Positions 25,036 through 37,406 of a stretch of DNA of 64,000 nt are shown piece after piece. Source of the DNA: Tubiluchus corallicola. Lineage: Eukaryota > Animalia > Priapulida. The position numbers and the translations under genes were made by a program. The stretch spans positions 1-64,000 of the forward strand of contig JAQGDQ010001078.1 of the NCBI GenBank assembly GCA_030141605.1, given 5' to 3'. Position 1 is the stretch's first letter. Every line of letters starts with the position of its first letter. The notes below the pieces were generated by a model. The model did not search any database. It was not told the DNA's origin and worked only from the letters and a program-made list of their open reading frames with translations.

Positions 25036-25539
25036 TTAAGCTAAACGTAAATTAATATCATTACACAGGAAACATGAAAATGGACCAAATTCGCCTTAGA
25101 ACCATGTGAGCAAGGTAACCCCCCCCTCTCAGAATGACACGTACTACTGTGTGAAGTAAAGGTTACCTTTAGATGTCCAAAAAGTGATAAATGCTGGCAT
25201 ACTCTCCTGCGAAGGTGCCTTGCAGTATTTACACAACTAAATGCGCATTTATTGACTGCAAAAATTGAACAGTGTGAGGTGAATTCAAAGTACTTTTTTT
25301 TTAACTTAATTTCAAATGGTTTTAGCTAAACACCAAAAATATTATTTCATTATTTGAAAAAATTGTAACTCACTAGAAGTACAGCTTCTTCAGACAAGAA
25401 AATGCTACATATCCTTACAGTTCTAATGATAGAATTGTATTCGTCTAGTGTCTTGTTTATGAAACAAAAAAGTAGCGCATGCGCATTCATAAACATTCGA
25501 GGCGTCTGCACTGCTCTACATAAACGAACACAGATTTAT

Positions 25540-26356
25540 TACTGTGCACTTTTGATTTTTACCTGTGCATTTTGATTTTTTGCTTGCACTTTTAATTTTT
25601 TGCTGTGCACTTTTGATTTTTTGTTTGTACGTTTAATTTTTTTGCTGTGCATTTTTTATTTTTTGCTTTGCACGTTTAATTTTTTGCTGTGCACTTTTGA
25701 TTTTTTGCGTGCACTTTTGGTTTTTTGCTTGCACTTTTAATTTTTTGCTGTGCACTTTTGATTTTTTGTTTGTACGTTTAATTTTTTGCTGTGCATTTTT
25801 TATTTTTTGCTTTGCACGTTTCATTTTTTGCTGTGCACTTTTGATTTTTTGTTGTGCCCTTTTGATTTTTTGTTGTGCACTTTTGATTTTTTCCTGTGCA
25901 TTTTGATTTTTTGCTTGCACTTTTAATTTTTTGCTGTGCACTTTTGATTTTTTGTTTGTATGTTTAATTTTTTGCTGTGCACCTTTGATTTTTTGCTGTG
26001 CACTTTTGATTTTCTGCTGTGAACTTTTCATTTTTTGTTGTGCACTTTTGATTTTTTGTTGTGCACTTTTGATTTTTTGTTGTGCCCTTTTGATTTTTTG
26101 TTGTGCACTTTTGATTTTTTGTTGTGCACTTCTGATTTTTCACCGTTCACTTTTGACGTTTTCGCCGTGCACTTTTGATTTTTTGTTGTGCCCTTTTGAT
26201 TTTTTGTTGTGCATTTTTGATTTTTCGCCGTTCACTTTTGACGTTTTCGCCGTGCATTTTTGATTTTTTGTTGTACACTTTTGATTTTTTGTTGTACACT
26301 TTTGATTTTTTGTTGTGCACTTTTGATTTTTTGTTGTGTACATTTGATTTTTTTGC
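25540..26356. repeat. About 21-bp T-rich minisatellite
   Basis: tgtgcacttttgattttttg(c/t) units with variants. Confidence 0.95.
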
Positions 26357-26946
26357 TATGGATTTTTCTCCCGGTGACTCCCAATCCAAAGTTCATCCAG
26401 CTAGTCCACAGAATGCGAAAGTGGAAATTAGTCATTATTTTTAATATTAATAAATCATTTATGAATATTACTAAATCAATTTTCAATTGATTAATTTTGA
26501 GCTTGAACTTTGCTCGGGTAATTAATCAAATAATTATTTATAATAAATGTAAAATATATTACAACTATAATTATTATAAATATTTATTTGCATAATATTT
26601 ATATATATTTTATAATAACGTATATATGTATAAAATTTTGGACGCAATTAAAATACTCTAATTAGTCCAATATCACTCTAGTTTGGCAGTCTGAAAAGCT
26701 GAAATGGTTGACTGTAAGGAAGAAGCTATAGACTGTCAGAATCACCGAAAAACACGATGGTCTAGCGGTAAGTTCCTGGTTCAAATCCAAGTTGTACTTC
26801 AACTTTCACATTTCCTGTTTTTCGAGTTTGTATCAAAATTTACTTAATTATGGGTTAGCATCGTGATAGTTACGAAATTTAGATTATAAACTGTTGATGA
26901 ACCTTCGTTATCAATAATTTTTAACCTGCATTGTAATATTTCACAG

Positions 26947-27508
26947 TTTTAGCTTGCTCTACGAACTCGGTGGAGCATTTAGATTGCATATCGGTTGTTC
27001 TTTACTGTCATTTGTCGTGTTCTTTCAATTCATTTTTGCTGCCATCTATTGCCTGTATAAGCAACAAAGTCTGGGAAAGACGAACCAACCATTTGCTGCC
27101 ATCTATTGCCTGTATAAGCAACAATGTCTGGGAAAGACGAACCAATCATTTGCTGCCATCTATTGCCTGTATAAGCAACAAAGTCTGGGAAAGACGAACC
27201 AACCATGTGCTGCCATCTATTGCCTGTATAAGCAACAAAGTCTGGGAAAGACGAACCAACCATTTGTTGCCATCTATTGCCTGTATAAGCAACAAAGTCT
27301 GGGAAAGACGAACCAACCATTTGCTGCCATCTATTGCCTGTATAAGCAACAAAGTCTGGGAAAGACGAACCAACCATTTGCTGCCATCTATTGCCTGTAT
27401 AAGCAACAAAGTCTGGGAAAGACGAACCAACCATTTGCTGCCATCTATTGCCTGTATCAGCAACAAAGTCTGGGAAAGACGAACCAACCAACAGGACAGC
27501 AAAAATGA
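26947..27508 (+). pseudogene. DEG/ENaC (ASIC-like) channel terminal exon relic with an internal 57-bp amplification
   Basis: After tttcacag: FSLLYELGGAFRLHIGCSLLSFVVFFQFIF, matching the TM2 consensus LL.DIGG.LGL.IG.S.LT..E with the GxS filter (GCS). Conserved G and E are substituted and no upstream exons were recognised. Confidence 0.55.
27035..27490. repeat. 57-bp tandem repeat x8
   Basis: tttgctgccatctattgcctgtataagcaacaaagtctgggaaagacgaaccaacca units. Confidence 0.97.
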
Positions 27509-27619
27509 GCAACCTTTTGAATGCTCAGTTGTTAACCTGGGAGAACTTGCAGCATTTCAAATCACATAGTACTAACGTGTCATTTAACTAATCTAACTAC
27601 ATTAATTGTATATTCGAAC

Positions 27620-27992
27620 AAATCGCGAGTTGGGTCGGGGAAAACGCCCGTTACGGGACGCAGTGGCCCTCTCGCGAATTCTAAATACGCCTATGGCACC
27701 CACCGCTGAATGGGCTATCTATCCATAGCCAGCACCACCCTCGGCACGTTCCCGTTCTTCAGATCTCAGACGTATAACTTTTGAAAAAACGGCCGAAAAA
27801 TGGCCATTTATGGAGGTTTTTCGCCCCCCGTTCCTCCCGGTGGGCCCGATTCGAAAAATAAGCCATCAATGGCACGACACTAGATCGAGACCTTTCGTTT
27901 GATATATAGATCGCCGCAAATGGTACCCTCGTCGGAGCTGTAGCCTCGAATCTTATATATTAAGCCCATACCAAGAATATTAATATAAGAGA
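27620..27992 (-). mobile_element. 3'-truncated second Helitron copy abutting the full copy
   Basis: Direct repeat of about 28432-28807. Confidence 0.75.
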
Positions 27993-28819
27993 CTAGCAAA
28001 GGCCCCGCAAAAGATTTTGCGTAAAAAACCACGTATAAGCAATAACACGCGAACATCCTACACAGTCCTCATTTATAACACAAAGCCCGTAACATCCTGC
28101 CTACTTACCTAACGCAAAGCCTGTAGCAGCTTTTTACTGAATTAAAGTTATAGACAGAGTACAGCAGGCAGCTTTTACTGAAGCAGAGTACAATGGATGA
28201 CGTCAGCACAATGGAATGCGGTCACCACGGTTTTCTAAGCGAAAATTATCGAAATTTGAACACCTAATTAACTCGTCGATACTCCTCTCGGTGGACCTGT
28301 CCTAACATATAGCCCACATCATCGTGTAGCCCTGTCCTTCCTCTTTGTAAAGAGCTATATATCTCCTTCCGAGAGTCCCACCAAGCGCCGCTAGAGCGTT
28401 TTTCCCGCAGGCTGTTTGGTCAAAATTTCGAAAAAATCGCGAGTTGGGTCCGGGAAAACGCCCGTTGCGGGGCGCCCTAGCCCTCTCGGGAATTCTAAAT
28501 ATGCCTACTACACCCACCGCTGAACGGGCTATCTATCCATACCCAGCACCCCCTCGGCCCGTTCCCGTTCTCTACATCTCAGCCGTATAACTTTTGCAAA
28601 AAACGGACGAAAAGGGCCATTTTGGAGGTTTTTCGCCTCCCCTTTCTCCCGGTGGGCCCGATTCGAAAAATAAACCATCAATGGCACGACACTAGATCGA
28701 GACCTTTCGTTTGATATATAGATCGCCGCAAATGGTGCCCTCGTCCGGGCTGTAGCCTCGAATCTTATATACATATAAAGCCCATACCAAGAATATTAAT
28801 ACAAGAGTATAGATATAGA
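27993..28819 (-). mobile_element. Non-autonomous Helitron
   Basis: The minus strand begins a|TC (28819) and ends CTAG|t (27993), with a subterminal hairpin cgcaaaatcttttgcg about 12 nt before the end. No TSD. Confidence 0.7.
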
Positions 28820-30286
28820 TTAACCTAGATACGTATTGATGATAACGATAACTCTTTATTGGCCTCTTTACAGGCAGAAATTTCTGTACAAACAGTATAC
28901 AATTTTACACGGTATTATACTACAATATTTCATGTGCTCATCCGGTATTTACTTTCTATTATGAGTGCAACATTATTTACAGTAATGTTAAACAAAAAGT
29001 ATTAAAGTGAGTGCTAAAACCAGGGTTATGAATGAAGCAAGTTTCCTGTCTACTTACATAAAAATACAGTTAGATTAATACGTTAAATTTTTAAAATCCC
29101 GAATGCGATTACTAAGTCCTCGATAAAATACAACCAGTACAGCCGTGACAGTCTCGCGGGAGTATTTAAAATGAAAATAAACAGGAAATTCTTTTAACGG
29201 AGTATGATAAACGCTTAAGATTGCCTCTAAACGTTATAATTCTTTAGCGAAAATTTTCTCAGACTTGCTTTAACTAGGCCTTTTCTTGTACTTTAAGCCT
29301 TCTGGATTTGTATCAATAATTATACTTTTTAATTGCAACCTGTTGTACCTCAAGTGGCCACCAGGATTACTTGGGACCTCTCCATTTCAGAAAAAAGTTT
29401 ATATTTCAGCGGCTAATAACTCCATTGCCGTCCAAAGTAGCTATAATTACTAATAGCATGTACTGCTTCAGTGTATGGCTATAGTGTTTAGTATTATCTG
29501 GTTGACATTGCCTAGTTTCGTCTTTATTTCTCTCTGGAACTCGAAATCAACTGATTGTTTATGCATCACGTCTTCGTAAATCAACCACATTCCTGTAAAA
29601 ATGAACAGGTTCAGCATACATGTGATGGCATACAGAGAGGGGAATATCATCACTTCTTCCAATGTTGCTCCGTCAAATGTTAGATTTATCACCGTTCAGT
29701 CCCAGAGCTACGTTTTTGACGCTGGTCTGTACGGCAATGGTCCTGCTAAAGAGCCCGTTTAGCCGGCAGGCGCCACTCAAAATGAAACCAGTCAGGTATC
29801 CGAAAGCTGGCAGAGCAAAAGCGGCGAAATGCATCGTCCAGGGAACAAAGTACATGTTTGGTGTGATAAGGCTTTATAAAATGATGTTTAATATGATGGC
29901 TAGTAGTCCAGCTATACTTCCAATCTGAAAATAACAAAAAAACGCATTATTATTTAGTATACAGAATGGACTGATTGGTCCAAGACATCGCAAAGGAAAA
30001 GTTCACAAGATTTAGATTCAAACTTATTTGTTTACTCAATTTAGATCAAATTTATTTATTCATTCCGTATACCAAAGCAAAACAAACCCGAAGAAGCAGG
30101 TGGCTTCTTGGAAGTTTTCGGATCACACTGAAGCAGCTTAGGCAAAGTATTCTAGTAATAATTCAAAGTAGGGTAATTATATAAAAGACGCACTAATATG
30201 TGTGTTCTTTTGTAAGTATATGCAAGAAAAATGACACACAAGAAAAGTGTTATCACGCAACCAAATATTCTGGTGGCATTTTCAAT

Positions 30287-30299
30287 GTGTGTGTGCGTG

Positions 30300-30331
<32 letters not shown>

Positions 30332-30371
30332 TGTGTGAGTGTGAGTGTGAGTGTGTGTGAGTGTGAGTGTG

Positions 30372-30403
<32 letters not shown>

Positions 30404-30508
30404 AGTGTGAGTGTGTGTGTGAGTTTGAGTGTGAGTGTGAGTGTGAGTGTGTGTGTGTGAGTGTGAGTGTGTGTGTGAGTTTGAGTGTGAGTGTGAGTGT
30501 GAGTACGT

Positions 30509-30539
<31 letters not shown>

Positions 30540-30545
30540 AGTGTG
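30287..30545. repeat. (GT)/(GTGA) microsatellite
   Basis: Direct inspection. Confidence 0.97.
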
Positions 30546-31077
30546 TTTGCATGCGTGCATGTGCATTTACCCTACTTAATGAAGGTATCAAATTTAATCA
30601 TCGTAGTTTTGTTCACTAGCTCTGATTCCTTGCGCATTGCCACGTGAAAATTAACGTAAAAACCGGGAAATAAATAAACCTTACATTATCTATGATATCG
30701 CTTACCTTGATAATAACATTAGCTATTTTAGGTAGTTTGTACTTGATGAAGACTCCTACACAAAATGGAGGAACAATGGAGACTAAGTCAATGACAATCC
30801 GGAGATGAGTAATGATGAAATGCTCGTCAATCCAGCTGCGACTGTACAAGAGAAGATTTGCTGGCATGGTGCCAAATGCTAGCGCATGTGTCACGCAGGT
30901 TATGCAGATGCTGAAAATCATTTTTATTCAGTTATTCAGTAACTGTCGTTTCGAAAAAGTTTAGAAAACATTGCTTAAAAGTCAGGAAAATAATCAGGGC
31001 ATTCGTAGAGCAACTTCACTAATTAAGCAAACGTATTAATGACTGTGTCTTGTTAATAAGATTGAAAATACGTGTTT

Positions 31078-31295
31078 GGTGAGTCACTGATGCACACTGG
31101 GAAGGTGTGTCACTGATGCACACTGGGAAGGTGAGTCACTGATGCACACTGGGAAGGTGAGTCAGTGATGCACACTGGGAAGGTGAGTCACTGATGCACA
31201 CTGGGAAGGTGAGTAACTGATGCACACTGAGAAGGTGAGTCACTGATGCACACTGGGAAGGTGTGTCACTGATGCACACTGGGAAGGTGAGTCGG
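31078..31295. repeat. 26-bp tandem repeat, about 8 copies, inside a family C MITE fragment
   Basis: Unit gtgagtcactgatgcacactgggaag. The left flank 30980-31080 matches MITE family C. Confidence 0.9.
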
Positions 31296-31596
31296 TGACT
31301 AATAATTTTCTTTTCCAACTGCATAATTCTTTCAAGCAGATGCTAAATAATAGCTGTAACTTTGTGAGGAAACTTTTTCATAACATGCTTTAAAATTTCC
31401 TTTGCTTGCCTGTAAACCGGCAATGGACGGCAACGCTGCAACCTCATTTTTGGAAAGGAGATCAAAATGCAGAATGTTGCAGTGTTCGTGCAAAGTTTCG
31501 TACTGCAACAGCTTTTGACGCTTTTGTCTGATTATCGATTTCTGTTCGAATATTGGAAAGGAATTTACATTTCCCCACACAGTTTAAACAATCTGA

Positions 31597-31990
31597 CCCC
31601 TAACCTTAACCCTAACCATAACCCCAACTTTAACCCTCACCATAACCCCAACTTTAACCCTAACCCTAACCCCAACCCTAACCATAACCCCAACTTTAAT
31701 CCTAATCCTAACCCCAACCCTAACCAAAACCCCAACTTTAATCCTAATCCTAGCCCTAACCCTAACCCTAACCCCAACCCTAACCATAACCTAAACCCTA
31801 ACCTTAACCCTAACCCTAACCCTAACCCTAACCTTAACCCTAACCTTAACCTTAATCCTCACCATAACCCAACTTTAACCCTAACCCTAACACTAACCCT
31901 AACCCTAACCCTAACCCTAACCCTAACCATAACCCTAACCCTAACCCTAACCTTAACCTTAATCCTCACCATAACCCAAGTTTAACCCTA
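31597..31990. repeat. Degenerate (TAACCC)n telomere-like tract
   Basis: ccctaa hexamers mixed with ccttaa, ccataa and ccccaa. Confidence 0.95.
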
Positions 31991-32669
31991 ATAAGATCGC
32001 AAGGCTGGATTAAAGGTTTCGCAGGCCTAATGGTACAACAAATGAGGGGTCGCAAGTCCCACACTGTAAAAGAGATTCACATCTTCGTGTATCCCGGATT
32101 CTCATCTCTTTCTAAAAAGTTATAAATTTCTCTCCAGGGCCCCAATTAAGTGCAAGCAGAACGTTTTTCTACAACGGCGGGTGAAAAATCTCCAAAAATA
32201 TTTTTTGCTCATCAGTGGACGTCATACAGAAAAAACAAAGCTCTTTGAAAAGCCACGTTCACATGCACACCTGCGAAGTCTACTGTATTCCCTGCCAGCA
32301 TTACATTTCATTCCACCACAGCCCTGTAGTACAATATATACATATATATATGGTAAAATACGTCATAAAAATAAAGCATTATTGTTTAACGGTACAAAGA
32401 GCAGGCGCGTCTTTCATCTGCTTGATGTACCAGGAACTATATAACCGATGATACCTGAGTGCAACGTCTCCATCATTCCAGTATGTAAACATGTTCGCTA
32501 TCGTTCCGCCAGGGAGCACCCCAATCATTAACACACCTATAGCTTGTTTAGATGTCATTTGTGTAAAAGATAATACTTTACTAAATAGAATAGGCATTTG
32601 ACAAAATGGACCAGTTAATGTAGAATCTTCACAAAAAGCAAAACAGCCGTAAACCAGACGGATTTGTTC

Positions 32670-32930
32670 ACCAGACGGTTTAGTCTAGTGGTAATGCGTC
32701 TGCTTTCCGTCTGGGAGGTCGTGAGTTCGAACCAGCGGCTGGGTGATACCAAATATTTTAAAAATGGTACCTGCTGTTGCCCTGCCTGACGCGTGCTATT
32801 TAGGGTGAAAGTGGGGTAATAATAGTCTCTGTTATGTAGTTGTAGGTTGTTATTTACAGTCGGCGATAATAGCTCTTTGAGCTAATATTAATTGTTGACC
32901 CAAAAGCTGACTTTAAATAAAGATTATTAT
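32670..32930 (+). mobile_element. tRNA-derived SINE
   Basis: A-box tagtctagtgg (32681-32691) and B-box gttcgaacc (32725-32733), then a non-tRNA body (gataccaaa...aaaatggtacctgctg) and an aataaagattattat tail. Confidence 0.75.
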
Positions 32931-33048
32931 CTCTCCGTCTTTCTCTCTGTGTGTCTGTCGGTGTCTTTCTCTCTCTCCTCTCTGTTACTTTCTCTGTCTC
33001 TCTCTCTCTTACGTTCTCTCTCTCTCTCCTCTCTGTTACTTTCTTTCT

Positions 33049-33084
<36 letters not shown>

Positions 33085-33123
33085 CTCTCTCTTACTTTCT
33101 CTCTCTCTCTCCTCTCTGTTACT

Positions 33124-33175
<52 letters not shown>

Positions 33176-33209
33176 TTTCTCTCTCTCTCCTCTCTGTTAC
33201 TTTCTCTCT

Positions 33210-33240
<31 letters not shown>

Positions 33241-33267
33241 TACGTTCTCTCTCTCTCCTCTCTGTTA

Positions 33268-33304
<37 letters not shown>

Positions 33305-33337
33305 CTCTCTCTTACTTTCTCTCTCTCTCCTGTCTGT

Positions 33338-33384
<47 letters not shown>

Positions 33385-34064
33385 TCTCTCCTCTCTCCTC
33401 TGTCTCTCTCACTCCCACTCCCACTCTCTCCTCTCTCTTTATCTAAAAATATGACGCAGTAAAGTGATAAAAGATCAAAGTTTTAATGAATTTTACTCGA
33501 GTTTTATCTTGTCTAGAATTATTTATTTCACGAAATGCTGTAATAACATTCGTTTCGCTGCTATTTTTAAAATAACTGTTGCTTTTGAAAAGCACGGATT
33601 CCACTAGTTAATTTTTCATCCTCTTTCGACCTCGTGTGGATCCTGCTCTGGTTTGGATTAAATGTTAATCTGGAAACTGAGTAAATATGGTTGCAATTGG
33701 GAAAAAATTCTAACTGATTGTACTGTAATATCATCATAACGTTGGCGATGATGAGAATGATGATGATGATGACGATGACGGTGTGACAACGTCGACAAGG
33801 GCAATGTAATGTTTTACAAAAGTAATTGTATTTAGGGTGAAAGTGGGGTAATAATAGTCTCTGTTATGTAGTTGTAGGTTGTTATTTACAGTCGGCGATA
33901 ATAGCTCTTTGAGCTAATATTAATTGTTGACCCAAAAGCTGACTTTAAATAAAGATTATTATCTCTCCGTCTTTCTCTCTGTGTGTCTGTCGGTGTCTTT
34001 CTCTCTCTCCTCTCTGTTACTTTCTCTGTCTCTCTCTCTCTCTCCTCTCTGTTACTTTCTTTCT

Positions 34065-34100
<36 letters not shown>

Positions 34101-34139
34101 CTCTCTCTTACTTTCTCTCTCTCTCTCCTCTCTGTTACT

Positions 34140-34177
<38 letters not shown>

Positions 34178-34211
34178 TTTCTCTCTCTCTCCTCTCTGTT
34201 ACTTTCTCTCT

Positions 34212-34242
<31 letters not shown>

Positions 34243-34270
34243 TACGTTCTCTCTCTCTCTCCTCTCTGTT

Positions 34271-34307
<37 letters not shown>

Positions 34308-34826
34308 CTCTCTCTTACTTTCTCTCTCTCTCTCCTGTCTGTTACTTTCTCTCTCTCTCTCTCTCTCTCCCTCTCTCTCTCCTCTCTCCTCTCTCCTCTG
34401 TCTCTCTCACTCCCACTCCCACTCTCTCCTCTCTCTTTATCTAAAAATATGAAGCAGTAAAGTGATAAAAGATCAAAGTTTTAATGAATTTTACTCGAGT
34501 TTTATCTTGTCTCGAATTATTTATTTCACGAAATGCTGTAATAACATTCGTTTCGCTGCTATTTTTAAAATAACTGTTGCTTTTGAAAAGCACGGATTCC
34601 ACTAGTTAATTTTTCATCCTCTTTCGACCTCGTGTGGATCCTGCTCTGGTTTGGATTAAATGTTAATCTGGAAACTGAGTAAATATGGTTGCAATTGGGA
34701 AAAAATTCTAACTGATTGTACTGTAATATCATCATAACGTTGGCGATGATGAGAATGTTGATGATGATGATGATGACGGTGTGACAACGTCGACAAGGGC
34801 AATGTAATGTTTTACAAAAGTAATTG
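32797..34826. repeat. About 1-kb direct tandem duplication containing (CT)n tracts
   Basis: Copy 1 is 32797-33828 and copy 2 is 33829-34826. The unique parts are nearly identical; CT-run lengths differ. Confidence 0.93.
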
Positions 34827-35266
34827 AAATCAAATGCAGTGAATATTTGTATGTAGTAATGCCATGATGCTCGCTGTGCAATAGAGCACGTATATTTTTG
34901 CTCTTCCTTTCTTTGAGGGATGAAGGAATTGTCTGATGCGGGTGAATGAGTTCGTTTGCTGAGATGATACGATGCAGGCAGTTTATTCTTTACTATCTAA
35001 GACAGCATTAATGCGAGAGGCGTTGAAAATTAAATTAATCGACTGTGATTCTGTGAGAACCTGTTTCTGAAAGTGATTAACGTTTCATTCAAACGATCGA
35101 AAATTTATGACTATCAGAAAACTTGCTAGGTCTACATTATTTTGTTGTATATAAATTCTTAAAGTTTCATGTTTTCATATAAGTTGCATAAAGTTTAAAT
35201 GTGTGTAGATCACATCTGCCTGCAAGTAGAAGGTCATTGTACTAGTCGTATAATAATAAAGATTTA

Positions 35267-35295
35267 TCGTCATCACTGTCGTCCTCGTCGTTCAT

Positions 35296-35327
<32 letters not shown>

Positions 35328-35575
35328 TCATCATCATCGTCGTCGTCGTCATCGTCATCATCATCGTCATCATCATCAGCATCATCATCATCATCGTCGT
35401 CGTCCTCATCGTCATCATCATCAGCATCATCATCATCGTCGTCATCAGCAGCAGCATCATCATCGTCATCGTCATCGTCATCATCATCATCTTCATCGTC
35501 GTCGTCGTCGTCGTCATCATCATCATCGTCATCATCATCATCATCAGCATCATCGTCATCATCGTCATCGTCACT
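35267..35575. repeat. (TCA/TCG/GCA) trinucleotide tract
   Basis: Direct inspection. It reads as poly-Asp on the minus strand. Confidence 0.95.
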
Positions 35576-36319
35576 TCCTAGGTCTACTCGAACAAGTCGC
35601 CTACTGGCAATAATTGGTTTTATTTTAATTGCACCTTGAGCAACTAGTAAGATACTACACTGCTCACTCTGGCGTCGAAAATGGGAAGGTGAAATGTGAA
35701 AATGGGAAGAGGAAACCGGGTAATGAACCAGACTTATCCCAGCGCAACATCTCTGCCATTCCATCATTTTGCATTTGTTGGTTTTGTTTGTGAAATTAGA
35801 AATTAGACTAATTGCTCAGCAGACTTGCAATTATAGATTATATTGTATTACGTACAAGAGAAAGTGAACAATAGCAGACTTGCATTTGGTGCCCTGTGGT
35901 GTTAATGGTGCTATGGGACTGCACATGAAACACCTCGAACTGCAGACATTCACAGTACCCAGAAAACTTGCATATTACGTGTGAAAATGGTCAAAGACCC
36001 TCAGTTATGAAGTCGAACAACATTTTTTATCTATATCCTGGATAAAGCAGTTTAAAAATAACAATTTCTCGTTTTTTTAATAATTACGGATTCATTATTT
36101 CCATTATTTACACCGTAAGTGTATTTACCATTTCTCTTCTACCAAACTAGATGATTACATCTTTTACTTTCACATTTTGTCTCATTTTCGCTGCTCAAAT
36201 AACGTGTTTTATTTTTCTATCCACCATCTTAATAATTATCATTTCACCAATTGTGTGTCTTCTTTCCTTCTTTTGGGTCCCCATAACTTCTATCGTCTCT
36301 GTACTCCTCTTCTTTAGTC

Positions 36320-36830
36320 GCATAGCCTCTCTCCTTTCCATAACCGTCATAGCCTCTCTCCTTTCCATAACCGTCATAGCCTGTCTCGTCTCCATAACCG
36401 TCATAGCCTCTCTCCTCTCCATAACCGTCATAGCCTCGCTCCTTTCCATAACCGTCTCTTCGTTCTCCATAGCCTCTCTCCTTTCCATAACCGTCATAGC
36501 CTCTCTCCTTTCCATAACCGCCATAGCCTCTCTCCTCTCCATAACCGTCATAGCCTCTCTCTTTTCCATAACCGTCATAGCCTCGCTCCTCTCCATAACC
36601 GTCTCTTCGTCCACTATAGCCTCTCTCCTTTCCATTACCGCCATAGCCTCTCTCCTTTCCATAACCGTCATAGCCTCTCTCCTTTCCATAACCGCCATAG
36701 CCTCTCTCCTTTCCATAACCGTCATAGCCTCGCTCCTTTCCATAACCGTCATAGCCTCTCTCCTCTCCATAACCATCATAGCCTCGCTCCTTTCCATAAC
36801 CGTCTCTTCGTCCACTATAGCCTCTCTCCT
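36320..36830. repeat. 27-bp coding-type tandem repeat with 39-bp variants
   Basis: Unit cataaccgtcatagcctctctcctttc. All length variants are multiples of 3. Confidence 0.95.
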
Positions 36831-37220
36831 TCTTACGAATTTATTGTTGTGACGTCGTTGTTCTTAAGGCTACTTGCAGTTCTCATTCCTGTCTTTGTAA
36901 CTGTTAAAGGCTCTAACAACGTAAGTTATTGTTAATTAATTTCAATATAGTCTACATAATTTTTATATCAGTTCTTAGTTATAGCAATACATTTAATCAT
37001 GCAACTAATTTTCTTCTACTCAATGCAAATTAAACTAAATGTTAATAATTGTCTTTCAGAATAAAGAAACTTTTGGTCAACACGTTAAACTGGTGTTTTG
37101 TATCCATTTCATTGACGTCTTTCCTTATTATGATTTTCACCATCGTCTCTCGCTAGCCAGCAAGAGGAGAGTTGAAGAGTTCCTCTTGAGATTGGCACTT
37201 GTGACCTTCTTCTGAATTAT

Positions 37221-37406
37221 GGTGAGTTCACTGAGATTTTACAAATCTTTCTTAGTACATAGGTTGACATGTACTGGACTGTAACAAAGGTAACAACAAG
37301 TCCTTCTTCTGAACAGTTTGAATCAAGGTGAGTTGACTGAGATTTTACAAATCTTTCTTAGTACATAGGTTGACATGTACTGGCTTGTAACAAAGGTAAC
37401 AACAAA
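37221..37406. repeat. About 107-bp-period direct duplication
   Basis: ggtgagtt...actgagattttacaaatctttcttagtacataggttgacatgtactgg occurs twice. Confidence 0.85.

Larger units (their letters stand above)
29468..32630 (-). pseudogene. SLC10 (sodium/bile-acid symporter family) pseudogene, 3 recognisable exons
   Basis: Exons: about 32630-32455 (CQ-MP...GVLPGGTIANMFTYWNDGDVALS), 30910-30706 and 29924-29468 (PAFGYLTGF...RTIAVQTSVKNVALGL). In-frame TAA at 29876-29874, a +1 frameshift at 29695-29696, and the 5' part is lost at a SINE. Confidence 0.85.

Noticed and set aside
26690-26770. Possible penultimate ENaC exon ending at gcg|gtaagt
   Set aside because: The apparent donor is part of a tRNA A-box-like motif (tggtctagcggtaag) followed by a B-box, and the peptide match is unconvincing.
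16030-36900. Several in-frame TAA/TAG codons where Gln would fit (SLC10, pentraxin cryptic exon, Gly/Tyr exon), hinting at stop-codon reassignment
   Set aside because: The sulfotransferase ends in TAG at the expected family C-terminus, the relics also carry frameshifts and TGA stops, and C-to-T decay explains the pattern.
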